Assembly: GCA_023386555.1 (NCBI GenBank)
Contig: JAEWJK010000013.1
Location: 108,193-172,192 of the forward strand
From: Bacteroidota bacterium
GTDB lineage: Bacteria; Bacteroidota; Bacteroidia; Chitinophagales; Chitinophagaceae
DNA: 64,000 bases
Reading direction: 5' to 3'
A model generated the notes under the pieces. That model ran no database searches, was not told where the DNA came from, and saw nothing but the letters and a program-made list of their open reading frames with translations. How positions within the stretch are numbered: position 1 is the stretch's first letter; each line of letters opens with the position of its first letter. Made by a program: the position numbers and the translations under genes. Shown here one piece after another: positions 49,880-59,335 of this stretch.

Positions 49880-50788
49880 CTATCGATCACTTTGTTTGCC
49901 GGTCAGTTCAAAGAATTTAGTTTCCAGGCTTTTTTTCTTTAATAGGAGATGAGTTAATACAATTCCATGATCAAAGCAATGTTTGTTGACCTCATCAAGT
50001 TTTGCTGAACCCATTGGATAATACAACTGCAACATATTATTCTCTGCATGTTTGATCTGCGAATAACCATTCAACGATTGAATCACATTCTCCAGCTTTA
50101 CAAGATCAACAGCAGCAACTTCAACAATATCTTCATTCAGTAATACTTCATCTACATGGCCCGCAGCAAGTAATTCTCCTTTCTTTAAAATGGCAACATA
50201 CGTACAAACTTTTTCAACCTCATCCAAAAGATGACTTGCCATGATGATTGTCTTACCTTCTTTTGCAAGTGTTTTGATGAGTTCTCTTATTTCTGCAATA
50301 CCAACAGGATCTAATCCATTAGTAGGTTCATCAAAGATCAAAACGTTTGGATTTCCCAAAAGCGTTGAAGCAATGGCCAGTCTTTGCTTCATGCCTAATG
50401 AATAAGTATTGAACTTACTTGTTTTGCGTTGATGCAGATTTACTTTTTCAAGTACAGTTTCAATATCACCTAAGCCTCTTTCTTTTATCTCTGCTGCAAT
50501 GCGAAGATTTCTTTCACCCGATAGATAATGGTAAAAGTTTGGTGTTTCTAATAATGTTCCAATACCTTTTCTTACTTCTGCAGAAGGAGATTGGCCCATC
50601 AGTTCAAAACTGCCGGATGTTGGCCTGAGAATATCAAGAATAATTCCCAGTAAAGTTGTTTTACCACTTCCGTTTGGACCTAAGATGCCAAACACTGAGC
50701 CTGGTGGAACATCAAATGATACATTTTTGAGTGCCTGTATCTTTCCGTAATTTTTAGAAATGCCTTTCAATGAGAGAACAGTAGTCAC
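49880..50788 (-). CDS. ABC transporter ATP-binding protein
   Basis: 302 aa. Walker A GPNGSGKTT, signature YSLGMKQR and Walker B LIFDEPTNGLD. Confidence 0.9.
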   Translation of the reverse strand: MTTVLSLKGISKNYGKIQALKNVSFDVPPGSVFGILGPNGSGKTTLLGIILDILRPTSGSFELMGQSPSAEVRKGIGTLLETPNFYHYLSGERNLRIAAEIKERGLGDIETVLEKVNLHQRKTSKFNTYSLGMKQRLAIASTLLGNPNVLIFDEPTNGLDPVGIAEIRELIKTLAKEGKTIIMASHLLDEVEKVCTYVAILKKGELLAAGHVDEVLLNEDIVEVAAVDLVKLENVIQSLNGYSQIKHAENNMLQLYYPMGSAKLDEVNKHCFDHGIVLTHLLLKKKSLETKFFELTGKQSDR

Positions 50789-50899
50789 AGTAATTATATT
50801 ATTTAGGGTGAAAGTAGAATTTTTGGAAGTAGAACCTAACTTTTTGTTACGAAGAGGCTGAATATAGGGATGAAAGTTTCACCAACTTCATTACTGGTG

Positions 50900-50937
50900 G
50901 CATCGTCTGTTGTGTCACTCACTTCGAGGTTCTGAAC
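50900..50937 (+). repeat. Dispersed intergenic repeat, copy 12 (type A, long form)
   Basis: gcatcgtctgttgtgtcactcacttcgaggttctgaac. Confidence 0.8.
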
Positions 50938-50946
50938 TTTGTTCGT

Positions 50947-53352
50947 CTAGTTCCTAATTGGCTTACCAGTTTTCAACACAGCCTGGATTCTTTCTAAAGA
51001 TTTTCTTTCACCACATAAACTTAGGAACGCTTCTCTTTCAAGATCAAGTAAATATTGTTCTGATACCAATGTTTGTTCACTCAGATCACCACCACACATA
51101 ACATAAGCCAGTTTTTTTGCAACAACAACATCATGGTCTGTTGCATAACCTGCTCTCCACATTCCGTTGATGCCTGCATATAAAGTTCCGAGAGCCGATT
51201 GGCCTAACACCTTAATATCTTTTCGCTGAACAGGTGTTACGTAACCCTGGTCGTATAATTCAATCACAGATTTTTTCGCTTCTGTTATTCTTCTTGATTG
51301 ATTGATCACTACCTCATCCAATCCTTTTCTTAATACGCCAATTTCATATCCTTCAAAACCGGATGTTGCCACTTTTGCGGTAGCGATATTTAAAAAGCGA
51401 TTTTTTAAAGTGATTGTTTCCGGTTCATCTTCATGCATTTCATCAGCAGCACGTAAAGCAAATTCTTTGGTACCACCACCACCTGGAATTAAACCAACAC
51501 CCAATTCAACAAGACCAATATATGTTTCGGCAGCAGCACAAACCTTGTCTGCATGCAAACTCAATTCACATGCACCCCCTAATGTTAATCCGTGTGGGGC
51601 AACAACAACAGGAACAGAAGAATATCTGGCTCTCATCATCGTATTCTGGAACATACGAATGGCCATATCTAATTCATCATACTCCTGTTCAATAGCAAAC
51701 ATGAAGATCATTCCAACATTGGCTCCTGCAGAAAAATTTGCTCCTTCATTTGCAATTACCAGTCCCTTGAATTTTTCCTCTGCAATGGCAATTGATTTTT
51801 GAATACCTTCTAACACTTCACCACCGATGCTATTCATTTTAGTATTCCACTCCAATGCTGCAACACCATCACCAATATCATATAATTTACATGCACTGTT
51901 CTTCCATATTGTTTTATCTGAATGATTATTTAAGATGAGGAATGAAGATGCTCCCGGAATTTCTTTGTAAGATTTCGAAGCAACATCATAATACAATCGT
52001 TTGCCATTTTCTAACTTGTAAAAGCTCTCCTTGCCAGCAGCTAACATTTCATCTACCCATGATGCTACATTTACTCCCGCAGCTTTCATCAACTCAACAG
52101 TTTTAGCAACACCTAATACATCCCAGCTTTCAAAAGGACCGATCTCCCAACCAAAACCTGCTTTCATTGCATCATCTACACGATATAATTCATCACTGAT
52201 CTCTGGAATTCTAAATGAGATATAAGAGAAGAGACTGTTATGAAATTCCCTGTAAAAATCTCCGGCTTTATCTTTTCCTGCAGCTAAAATCTTTAAACGT
52301 TGTTTTAAATCTTCAACTGGCTTCGCTGCTTCAAGTGTAGCAAACTTTGGTTTTAGTCTTGCAGCATATTCTAATGTTTGAAGATTGAGTACATGGATTT
52401 CTTTATCAGATTTTCTTTCTTCAGGACTACCTTCTGTTACCGGTAATTTTATCTTTTTAAAAAAGCCTTGTCCTGATTTATCACCTAACCAATTATTGGT
52501 AACTACTTTTTCTAGCCATGCTGGAATTTGGAAAATGTGTTTGGCTTCATCCGTCGGACAATTTTCACCAACACCTCTCGCCACTTTTACTAAAGTATCA
52601 ATACCTACCACATCAGCCGTTCTGAAAGTAGCAGACTTTGGACGACCTGCAATCGGTCCTGTTAATGCATCAATTTCATCTATGGTTAAACTTAATTTAT
52701 CCATGATATGAAAGATGCTCATAATGCTGAATACACCAATCCTGTTAGCAATAAATGCAGGCGTATCTTTTGCAAGCACTGTTGTTTTTCCAAGGAAAAG
52801 ATCACCATAATGCATCAGGAAATCTGTAACAGAAGGATCGGTATCAGGAGTTGGAATGATCTCTAATAAACGTAAATATCTTGGTGGATTAAAGAAATGT
52901 GTACCGCAAAAATTCTTTTTGAAATCTTCACTTCTGCCTTGTGATAACAAATGAATGGGAATGCCGGAAGTATTGGAAGTAATCAATGATCCAGGCTTCC
53001 TGAATTGTTCAACTTTTTCATAAACCTGTTGTTTAATATCCAATCGTTCGATAACCACTTCAATTACCCAATCACACGAAGCAATATCTTTCATGTTATC
53101 ATCAAAGTTGCCTGTGGTGATTCGTTTCACAACATCTTTAGTATAAACAGGAGATGGATTGCTTTTTAAAGCTGCCTGCAAAGCATCATTTACTATTTTA
53201 TTTTTCTCTGCTGGTTTTGCATCAGCAGCAACATCTTTTGGAACAATATCTAATAATAGAACCTGTACGCCAATACCTGCAAAATGACAGGCAATACGGC
53301 TACCCATCACACCACTACCTAATACAGCAACTTTTTTGATAATTCTTTTCAT
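50947..53352 (-). CDS. 3-hydroxyacyl-CoA dehydrogenase / enoyl-CoA hydratase family fusion protein
   Basis: 801 aa. N-terminal NAD-binding VAVLGSGVMGSRIA, a 3HCDH domain and a C-terminal crotonase-fold half (ANEGANFSAGANVG...GGACE). Confidence 0.9.
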   Translation of the reverse strand: MKRIIKKVAVLGSGVMGSRIACHFAGIGVQVLLLDIVPKDVAADAKPAEKNKIVNDALQAALKSNPSPVYTKDVVKRITTGNFDDNMKDIASCDWVIEVVIERLDIKQQVYEKVEQFRKPGSLITSNTSGIPIHLLSQGRSEDFKKNFCGTHFFNPPRYLRLLEIIPTPDTDPSVTDFLMHYGDLFLGKTTVLAKDTPAFIANRIGVFSIMSIFHIMDKLSLTIDEIDALTGPIAGRPKSATFRTADVVGIDTLVKVARGVGENCPTDEAKHIFQIPAWLEKVVTNNWLGDKSGQGFFKKIKLPVTEGSPEERKSDKEIHVLNLQTLEYAARLKPKFATLEAAKPVEDLKQRLKILAAGKDKAGDFYREFHNSLFSYISFRIPEISDELYRVDDAMKAGFGWEIGPFESWDVLGVAKTVELMKAAGVNVASWVDEMLAAGKESFYKLENGKRLYYDVASKSYKEIPGASSFLILNNHSDKTIWKNSACKLYDIGDGVAALEWNTKMNSIGGEVLEGIQKSIAIAEEKFKGLVIANEGANFSAGANVGMIFMFAIEQEYDELDMAIRMFQNTMMRARYSSVPVVVAPHGLTLGGACELSLHADKVCAAAETYIGLVELGVGLIPGGGGTKEFALRAADEMHEDEPETITLKNRFLNIATAKVATSGFEGYEIGVLRKGLDEVVINQSRRITEAKKSVIELYDQGYVTPVQRKDIKVLGQSALGTLYAGINGMWRAGYATDHDVVVAKKLAYVMCGGDLSEQTLVSEQYLLDLEREAFLSLCGERKSLERIQAVLKTGKPIRN

Positions 53353-53777
53353 GAGGAAATATTTTGGTCTCTCGCGGAAATCGCAGAATCCGCTGAAGAA
53401 TAATTGTTGACGATTCTGATTAATGATTCTTTATTTTCTAAATGCGTAGTATTAAAGTTCACAAGAAACCCTACCGTTTTATTTGTTAAACGCAAATAAG
53501 TAAGTAATTGCTTTTTATGTACATCATGAAGTTGATCTACAGACTTCACTTCAATGATTACACAATCTTCTACAACAATATCGAGCCTCAATCCAACTTG
53601 TAGTTGAATGGATTTGTATTTTACCGGTAATGGTAGCTGGGCTTCAACTTTTAAACCTTTGTTTAAAAGTTCATATACAAGTGCAGATTCATATACACTT
53701 TCCAGTAAACCCGGGCCGAGTTCCTTGAACACTTCAAAAATGCATCCTCTGACTTTATATGTAAGTTCCTCTAACAT
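53349..53777 (-). CDS. GxxExxY protein (PD-(D/E)XK-like)
   Basis: 142 aa. GPGLLESVYESAL.YEL...GL.V..Q..LPV.YK......G.RLDIVVED.VIIEVKSV. 4-nt overlap with the downstream fadB-like start. Confidence 0.85.
   Translation of the reverse strand: MLEELTYKVRGCIFEVFKELGPGLLESVYESALVYELLNKGLKVEAQLPLPVKYKSIQLQVGLRLDIVVEDCVIIEVKSVDQLHDVHKKQLLTYLRLTNKTVGFLVNFNTTHLENKESLIRIVNNYSSADSAISARDQNISS
53371..53398. repeat. Left arm of the inverted repeat flanking the GxxExxY gene
   Basis: ctcgcggaaatcgcagaatccgctgaag. Contains three 9-bp units: cgcggaaat, cgcagaatc and cgctgaaga. It encodes the last residues of the ORF (SADSAISARD). Confidence 0.85.
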
Positions 53778-53803
53778 TCTGCGGTTTCAGCGATTTCTGC
53801 GAG
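53777..53803. repeat. Right arm of the inverted repeat flanking the GxxExxY gene
   Basis: The reverse complement ctcgcagaaatcgctgaaaccgcagaa matches the left arm at 23 of 27 positions. It abuts the ATG: the last unit reads cgcagaATG. Confidence 0.85.
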
Positions 53804-53844
53804 AACAATAAAAATAGTTAGTTATGCAACTATTTTCGAAGATA

Positions 53845-53876
53845 ATAAAAAAGCTGCCTGAAATTCAAGCAGCTTT
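53845..53876 (-). terminator. Rho-independent terminator of metG
   Basis: Stem aagctgc / gcagctt. The A-run on the plus strand gives a U-run on the minus transcript. Confidence 0.65.
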
Positions 53877-53897
53877 CTATTAAGTTTTTAAATATTC

Positions 53898-56021
53898 TCA
53901 GCTTACACTGGAACCTTCATCTATCTTTCCTTCAGGATTTATAAAATGCAGTTTACCCTCTTTGTCTTCCGCCATTAAAATCATACCCTGACTTTCAATT
54001 CCCCTCATTTTTCGGGGAGCAAGATTGGCTACGACTGTTACTTGTCTTCCAACAATCTCTTCCGGTTTAAAATACATGGCAATTCCTGAAACAATCGTTC
54101 TTTTCTCAAAACCAAGATCAACTTCCAGTTTCAATAGCTTATCTGCTTTTTCTACTTTTTCTGCAGATGTAATAGTGCCGATCCTGAAATCCATTTTAGC
54201 AAAATCATCATAAACGATCTCTGATTTCAGATTTGCTGATGGCTGATTTGTTTCTGTAATATTATTTGTTGTTGTTTCCACTTTTGATTGTTGACTTTTG
54301 ATTTTTAATTTCTCCAGTTGTTCTGCTATCTCAGCATCTTCCACTTTTCTAAAGAGTAGTTCAGGTGCTCTTAAAGTGTATCCAACGCTTAAGAGTTTTG
54401 TTTTGCCTGCATTTTCCCAATCCAACATCTTTTCAACCACCTTCATCATGTGCAACATTTTCTTTGCAGTATTGGGTAAGAATGGATTGATGAATATGGC
54501 AAGATTCGCTGTTAGTTGTAAACACAAATGCAGACAATTATCGATCTGTTTTTGTGCATTAGCATTTTCTGCCAGGCTTTTTGCAACAATCCACGGTTGC
54601 TTCTCCTGCATGTATTTATTTCCCTTCCTTGAAAGATCAATTACTTCAAATAGTGCTTCACGAAAATTATATCCTTCTAGTAAAGTTTCAATTTTTTCTT
54701 TTGATTTTTGAATTTCCGCTATTAACTGCTTGTCTTTATCATCCAGCATATCTTCATGCAGCTTAGGCACTTTACCATTGCAAAGCTTGTGCATCAATAC
54801 CCAGGTTCTATTTACAAAATTTCCGAAGACGGCAACCAATTCATTATTAATTGCATCCTGGAATCCTTTCCAGGTAAACTCACTGTCTTTTGTTTCGGGA
54901 GCAATCTGTGTAAGGTAATATCTTAATCCATCAGCAAACTGGGCACCACCATTTTCTTTTTTTATCCAATCATTAATGTAATCATCCATTTCAATGCTCC
55001 AACCTCTGCTGGTACTCATTTTATCACCTTCAAGATTCATGAACTCATTCGAAGGAACATTTGATGGAACAATATTTCCATGCAGCTTCAACATTATTGG
55101 AAATATAATCGCATGGAAAACAATATTATCCTTGCCAATAAAATGAACAAGGCTTGTATCCTTATCGTACCAATACGGTTTCCAATCTGTGTTATTATTT
55201 ATTGCCCATTGTTTGGTTGCACTTACATAACCAATAGGAGCATCAAACCACACATACAATACTTTTCCTTCTGCATCTGCAACCGGAACTTTAATCCCCC
55301 AATCCAAATCTCTTGTTACAGCTCTTGGTTGTAAACCTCCATCGATCCAGCTTTTACATTGTCCAACTACATTTGCTCTCCAGTCATCTGTATGTTCTTT
55401 CAATATCCATTCTCTCAACCATTCTTCATGCCTGTTCAAAGGAAGGTACCAGTGCTTTGTTGCTTTTTTTACCGGCTTATTTCCACTTAATGTAGAAACA
55501 GGATTGATTAATTCATCAGGACTTAAACTCTTGCCGCATTTCTCACACTGATCACCAAAAGCTCCATCATAACCACAATTCGGACAAGTGCCTTTTATAA
55601 ACCTGTCGGCTAAAAAATTCTTTGCTTCTACGTCATAATACTGTTCTGTTTCTTTTACTTCAAGTTCACTGGCATTGTTTAATGCAGTAAAAAATTCCTG
55701 GGCCGTTTCGTGATGTATCTTTTCAGAAGTTCTGTGGTAAATATCAAAATCAATTGAAAGGTCTTTGAAATTCTGTTCAATGATCGGATGGTATTTATCA
55801 ATGATGGCTTGTGCTGTAGTGCCTTCCTTCATAGCCTGGATTGGAATGGCTGTTCCATGTTCATCACTTCCACAAACAAAAACCACGTCTCTTTTTTGTG
55901 CTTTCAGGTATCGCACATAAATATCAGCAGGTAAATATGCACCGGCTAAATGTCCAATATGTTTTAGTCCGTTTGCATACGGTAATGCAGCAGTAATTAA
56001 ATATCGTTTAGGAGAATTCAT
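53898..56021 (-). CDS. metG: Methionine--tRNA ligase with C-terminal tRNA-binding (Trbp111/EMAPII-like) domain
   Basis: 707 aa. YANGLKHIGHLAG (HIGH), Zn knuckle CPNCGYDG...CEKCG, KMSTSRG (KMSKS) and a C-terminal FAKMDFRIGTI...IVSGI domain. Confidence 0.96.
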   Translation of the reverse strand: MNSPKRYLITAALPYANGLKHIGHLAGAYLPADIYVRYLKAQKRDVVFVCGSDEHGTAIPIQAMKEGTTAQAIIDKYHPIIEQNFKDLSIDFDIYHRTSEKIHHETAQEFFTALNNASELEVKETEQYYDVEAKNFLADRFIKGTCPNCGYDGAFGDQCEKCGKSLSPDELINPVSTLSGNKPVKKATKHWYLPLNRHEEWLREWILKEHTDDWRANVVGQCKSWIDGGLQPRAVTRDLDWGIKVPVADAEGKVLYVWFDAPIGYVSATKQWAINNNTDWKPYWYDKDTSLVHFIGKDNIVFHAIIFPIMLKLHGNIVPSNVPSNEFMNLEGDKMSTSRGWSIEMDDYINDWIKKENGGAQFADGLRYYLTQIAPETKDSEFTWKGFQDAINNELVAVFGNFVNRTWVLMHKLCNGKVPKLHEDMLDDKDKQLIAEIQKSKEKIETLLEGYNFREALFEVIDLSRKGNKYMQEKQPWIVAKSLAENANAQKQIDNCLHLCLQLTANLAIFINPFLPNTAKKMLHMMKVVEKMLDWENAGKTKLLSVGYTLRAPELLFRKVEDAEIAEQLEKLKIKSQQSKVETTTNNITETNQPSANLKSEIVYDDFAKMDFRIGTITSAEKVEKADKLLKLEVDLGFEKRTIVSGIAMYFKPEEIVGRQVTVVANLAPRKMRGIESQGMILMAEDKEGKLHFINPEGKIDEGSSVS

Positions 56022-56049
56022 TTTTATTGATCGGCTTTTATTCTTAACT

Positions 56050-56077
56050 CATCGTTCCTTGTGTCACTCACTTGTAC
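56050..56077 (+). repeat. Dispersed intergenic repeat, copy 13 (type A)
   Basis: catcgttccttgtgtcactcacttgtac. Confidence 0.8.
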
Positions 56078-56213
56078 AGCATAACCTTATGCAGCCAAGG
56101 ACGGCTGCAAATGTAAGTAATCAACCTGATGCGGGCTTAGATGCCAAAAGAGATACAGATGAAGTGCTTACTCACAAGCTGATTTAATATTTATATAGGT
56201 GTTCGTGAATCTC

Positions 56214-56245
56214 CTTCGTCGATTTGACGACGCAACCAGGATGCC
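56214..56245 (-). repeat. Dispersed intergenic repeat, copy 15 (divergent type B with internal hairpin)
   Basis: Reverse complement is ggcatcctggttgcgtcgtcaaatcgacgaag. It shares the 5' half GGCATC..TGGTTGCGTCG. The stem is cgtcg / cgacg. Confidence 0.5.
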
Positions 56246-56267
56246 ATGAAAAACAAAAGCTGGTATC

Positions 56268-58808
56268 TTAATTTATTTTATACCTGAATCCACCATAAAA
56301 TGTTCTTCCGTTGATTGGTCCCCAGATCATTGATGCATCGAAATGTGGACTGAATGGTGCTTCCGGTGAAATGATAGACATCATCTGCAGATAATTATTG
56401 AGGTTTTCACCACCTATATACAGTTCAAAATTCTTTTCCTTTCCAAAAGATTTGCTGATCTGTGCATTCATTGTTACATAGCCAGGCGAATTTGTTCGCA
56501 TTTGATGATGTGTTGGGTTACCTATGGTAGATGGAATTCTTTTGCTACCGATGTAATTGAAGGTGTAATCAAACTTCCAGCTGTTTAACTCATAAGCAAG
56601 ATTGGCAAAAGCCCTGTGTTGAGCGTTAAAAGGTTTTTGCAATATTTTACCACTGTAAGTTGTTTGTACATCAAACCAACGATAAGCAAGTCTCACATCA
56701 AACTTATTTGCTGGAGTAAACGACAATTCTGTTTGTAAGCTGTTTGAAAATGATTTTCCATCAAGATTGGAAAAAACCAGACTCCTGGGATCTTCCAGAT
56801 CGGCGATAACCTGTTGCTGAAAATCATTTCTAAAATAATCTACACTCAGCATTGCATCTCTTGTAAATAATTTAAGTTTTTGATCTATACTTATCCCTTT
56901 GTTCCAGGCAATTTCAGGATTCAAACCATAAGCTTTACCATCTGGCGAAAGAATAACTTCAACATTTCTTGCACTAACAAAAGCACTCATATTCTCTGCG
57001 AAAATATTGGCAGTACGTTGTCCACGACCAGCACTTAAACGAATGGTGGTACCATGTACAGGCTCGTATCTCACATTGATTCTGGGTGTAACAAAAAATC
57101 CGAAAAGATTATTATGGTCAGCACGAAGTCCGGCAACAATATTAAAATGTTCACTCATTGTATAAGTATATTCCATGAATGCACCGGGTACAATTTCATT
57201 TCTTCTAAAGCGAATGCCTTTGAATGATTCATCATATTTATCAGCTATGAAGCTTAGACCTGCACGGTATTTATGATCTGTAGTTCCAATGATATTTTGA
57301 TAGATAAGATTTGAATAGAAATTCTTTTGATTGGCATTGTAATTCGTTAAACCAAAATAGCTTTCCTGATCGTGATCAAAAGCAGAAATTTGTAAGCCAA
57401 TGCTTTTGAATTTTTTTCCGGGAAAAACATAGCCGATTTTAGCAAACCCTTCGTAACGGTTTGTTTTAATTCCAAGGCCATAAGATTGTGTGGTACCTTT
57501 GTGATCATCAGTATAATCTACTTCTCCACCTGTTTTGTCATCTAATAAAACCTTTGCTCCAAACTGAAGCATTAACCCTTTTTGATTGTCAAACTTCCAT
57601 CTGTTTACAGCACTTAAAAGATTTCCTGTAGGCTGATCACGAAAACCATCCATATTGAAATCTGGTTTATTATAAAGAAAAGCATCATGTAATAACAAAC
57701 CTGTTGACCATTTATCGCCGAGCTTTTGTGAAAGCGTAAGATTAAGATCCGTTTTACCCATGCTGTTAATGTAGCCGTTTGCAAAAAGTCTTTCAGTATT
57801 CTCAGGCTTTTTTAATTCAACATTTATTTGTCCTGCAATGCTTTCAAAGCCATTTACAACAGAGCCAGTTCCTTTTGTAAGTTGAATACTTTCTACCCAT
57901 GGTCCGGCAATGCTGTTTAAACCTTGTGGTGTTGCAATACCTCTGGGGCCAGGGAGATTTTCTACGGTTAATTGAGTATAGTTTCCCGATAAGCCTAATA
58001 ATTGAATTTGTTTAGAACCTGTTACTGCATCATTAAATGAAACATCCACTGAAGGATTGGTTTCAAAACTTTCACTAAGATTACAACATGCTGCTTTTAA
58101 TAATTCTCTTGAAGTAATTGTAGAAACTCTTATTGCTGATCGTGTATTTACAATGGTGCTTTTTTGCCTTGATGTAACTGTTACTTCATTTAAACTACCT
58201 GATTCAGCCATTACGATTTGCAGATCGTTATTATTAGTTACATGAAGCGTATCAGTTTTATAACCTGTATAACCAATAACCAGCTTCCTGTATTTATCAA
58301 AAGGAATAGCAAATATTCCATGTGTATTTGTAGTTGCAGAAATATTCGTCCCCAGCCAGTGAATTGTAGCACCGGCAAGGGGAGAAAAATTTCCTTTCTT
58401 ATCTGCAAACACCACCATTCCATTTATTGTATGCTCATCATCTGTTGCTACTTCATCGTCATCTGAATGAACTCCTAAATCACGGTAATGGCAACACTCA
58501 GGAAGTGCTTTATATACTTTATCATCAGCTTTCTTCAGCTCAGTATCATGACCTACTTCAGCCATCTTGTTGTGAATGTCTTCCACTTTAAAAACGGAAG
58601 CATCGAAACTTACAGATAATGTCTGAGTTTTGAGGTCGTATTTGGCTTTAGTGATGCCGGGGATTTTCATTGCTTTTTCAATCCTCATCTTGCACATTCC
58701 ACAGGCAGCAGCTACTTTAATTTTTGCTGAAGTTTCTGTTTGGGCATAGTTGTATGTAAAGGACGATACTGTAAATAACAGTAAAAGAAACTGTTTTGTA
58801 AAACGCAT
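56268..58808 (-). CDS. TonB-dependent receptor with N-terminal heavy-metal-associated (HMA) and CarboxypepD_reg-like domains
   Basis: 846 aa. Signal peptide, HMA-like fold with a CGMCKMRIEKAMK metal site, a Cys/His/Asp-rich linker (PECCHYRDLGVHSDDDEVATDDEH), a CarboxypepD_reg-like domain, the plug, and a barrel ending GGFRYKIN. Confidence 0.85.
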   Translation of the reverse strand: MRFTKQFLLLLFTVSSFTYNYAQTETSAKIKVAAACGMCKMRIEKAMKIPGITKAKYDLKTQTLSVSFDASVFKVEDIHNKMAEVGHDTELKKADDKVYKALPECCHYRDLGVHSDDDEVATDDEHTINGMVVFADKKGNFSPLAGATIHWLGTNISATTNTHGIFAIPFDKYRKLVIGYTGYKTDTLHVTNNNDLQIVMAESGSLNEVTVTSRQKSTIVNTRSAIRVSTITSRELLKAACCNLSESFETNPSVDVSFNDAVTGSKQIQLLGLSGNYTQLTVENLPGPRGIATPQGLNSIAGPWVESIQLTKGTGSVVNGFESIAGQINVELKKPENTERLFANGYINSMGKTDLNLTLSQKLGDKWSTGLLLHDAFLYNKPDFNMDGFRDQPTGNLLSAVNRWKFDNQKGLMLQFGAKVLLDDKTGGEVDYTDDHKGTTQSYGLGIKTNRYEGFAKIGYVFPGKKFKSIGLQISAFDHDQESYFGLTNYNANQKNFYSNLIYQNIIGTTDHKYRAGLSFIADKYDESFKGIRFRRNEIVPGAFMEYTYTMSEHFNIVAGLRADHNNLFGFFVTPRINVRYEPVHGTTIRLSAGRGQRTANIFAENMSAFVSARNVEVILSPDGKAYGLNPEIAWNKGISIDQKLKLFTRDAMLSVDYFRNDFQQQVIADLEDPRSLVFSNLDGKSFSNSLQTELSFTPANKFDVRLAYRWFDVQTTYSGKILQKPFNAQHRAFANLAYELNSWKFDYTFNYIGSKRIPSTIGNPTHHQMRTNSPGYVTMNAQISKSFGKEKNFELYIGGENLNNYLQMMSIISPEAPFSPHFDASMIWGPINGRTFYGGFRYKIN

Positions 58809-58863
58809 AAATTGTTTTTAGAAATTTTGAAAAGTGTTGACAGACTAATCAGATCAACCAAAA

Positions 58864-59244
58864 TCAAATTCTAAAAACACAATTAAGAATGAAGAGAGGC
58901 TTGGAGAATAAAGGGGGATCAAACGTAAAGTATTCAACAACTTCAGGTAGTGATTGAATGTTCGATTGAAATGAATGTGTAACTGGTAAAGGTTCAGCCA
59001 GGGTTTTAGTTCCTATATTGATGTTATAAAACTCCTGGTCACCTTTATTATCTTTTGCAGAAAGAGATTTTGTTTCGCAGCATTTGCCAGAAGTCATTTC
59101 CTGCTGCATGCCACAATCTTTCTCCTGTATAGAGCCAAACGTGATGTTCTGAAGTTTGCCACAGCAATAATGCAGCTGAACTGATGCTCCTGAAGAGGAG
59201 AAGCAGTACATGCAGATCATTAATGATAGGAGCAATTTTTTCAT
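58864..59244 (-). CDS. Cys-rich small secreted protein (HYC_CC_PP-type motifs)
   Basis: ORF 58864..59271; start moved to the ATG at 59244 (MKKLLLSLMICMY). Motifs LHYCCGK, GKCCETK and FDPPLF match my recollection of the HYC_CC_PP family, which is found next to HMA-type TonB receptors. Confidence 0.6.
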   Translation of the reverse strand: MKKLLLSLMICMYCFSSSGASVQLHYCCGKLQNITFGSIQEKDCGMQQEMTSGKCCETKSLSAKDNKGDQEFYNINIGTKTLAEPLPVTHSFQSNIQSLPEVVEYFTFDPPLFSKPLFILNCVFRI

Positions 59245-59335
59245 CAGTGCGAAATTATAGCTAATTGCCATATATCAAATGATATACAGCAGCCAGGCTG
59301 TTAAGATTTTACAAAGATGCAGTGGAAACTTTAAA

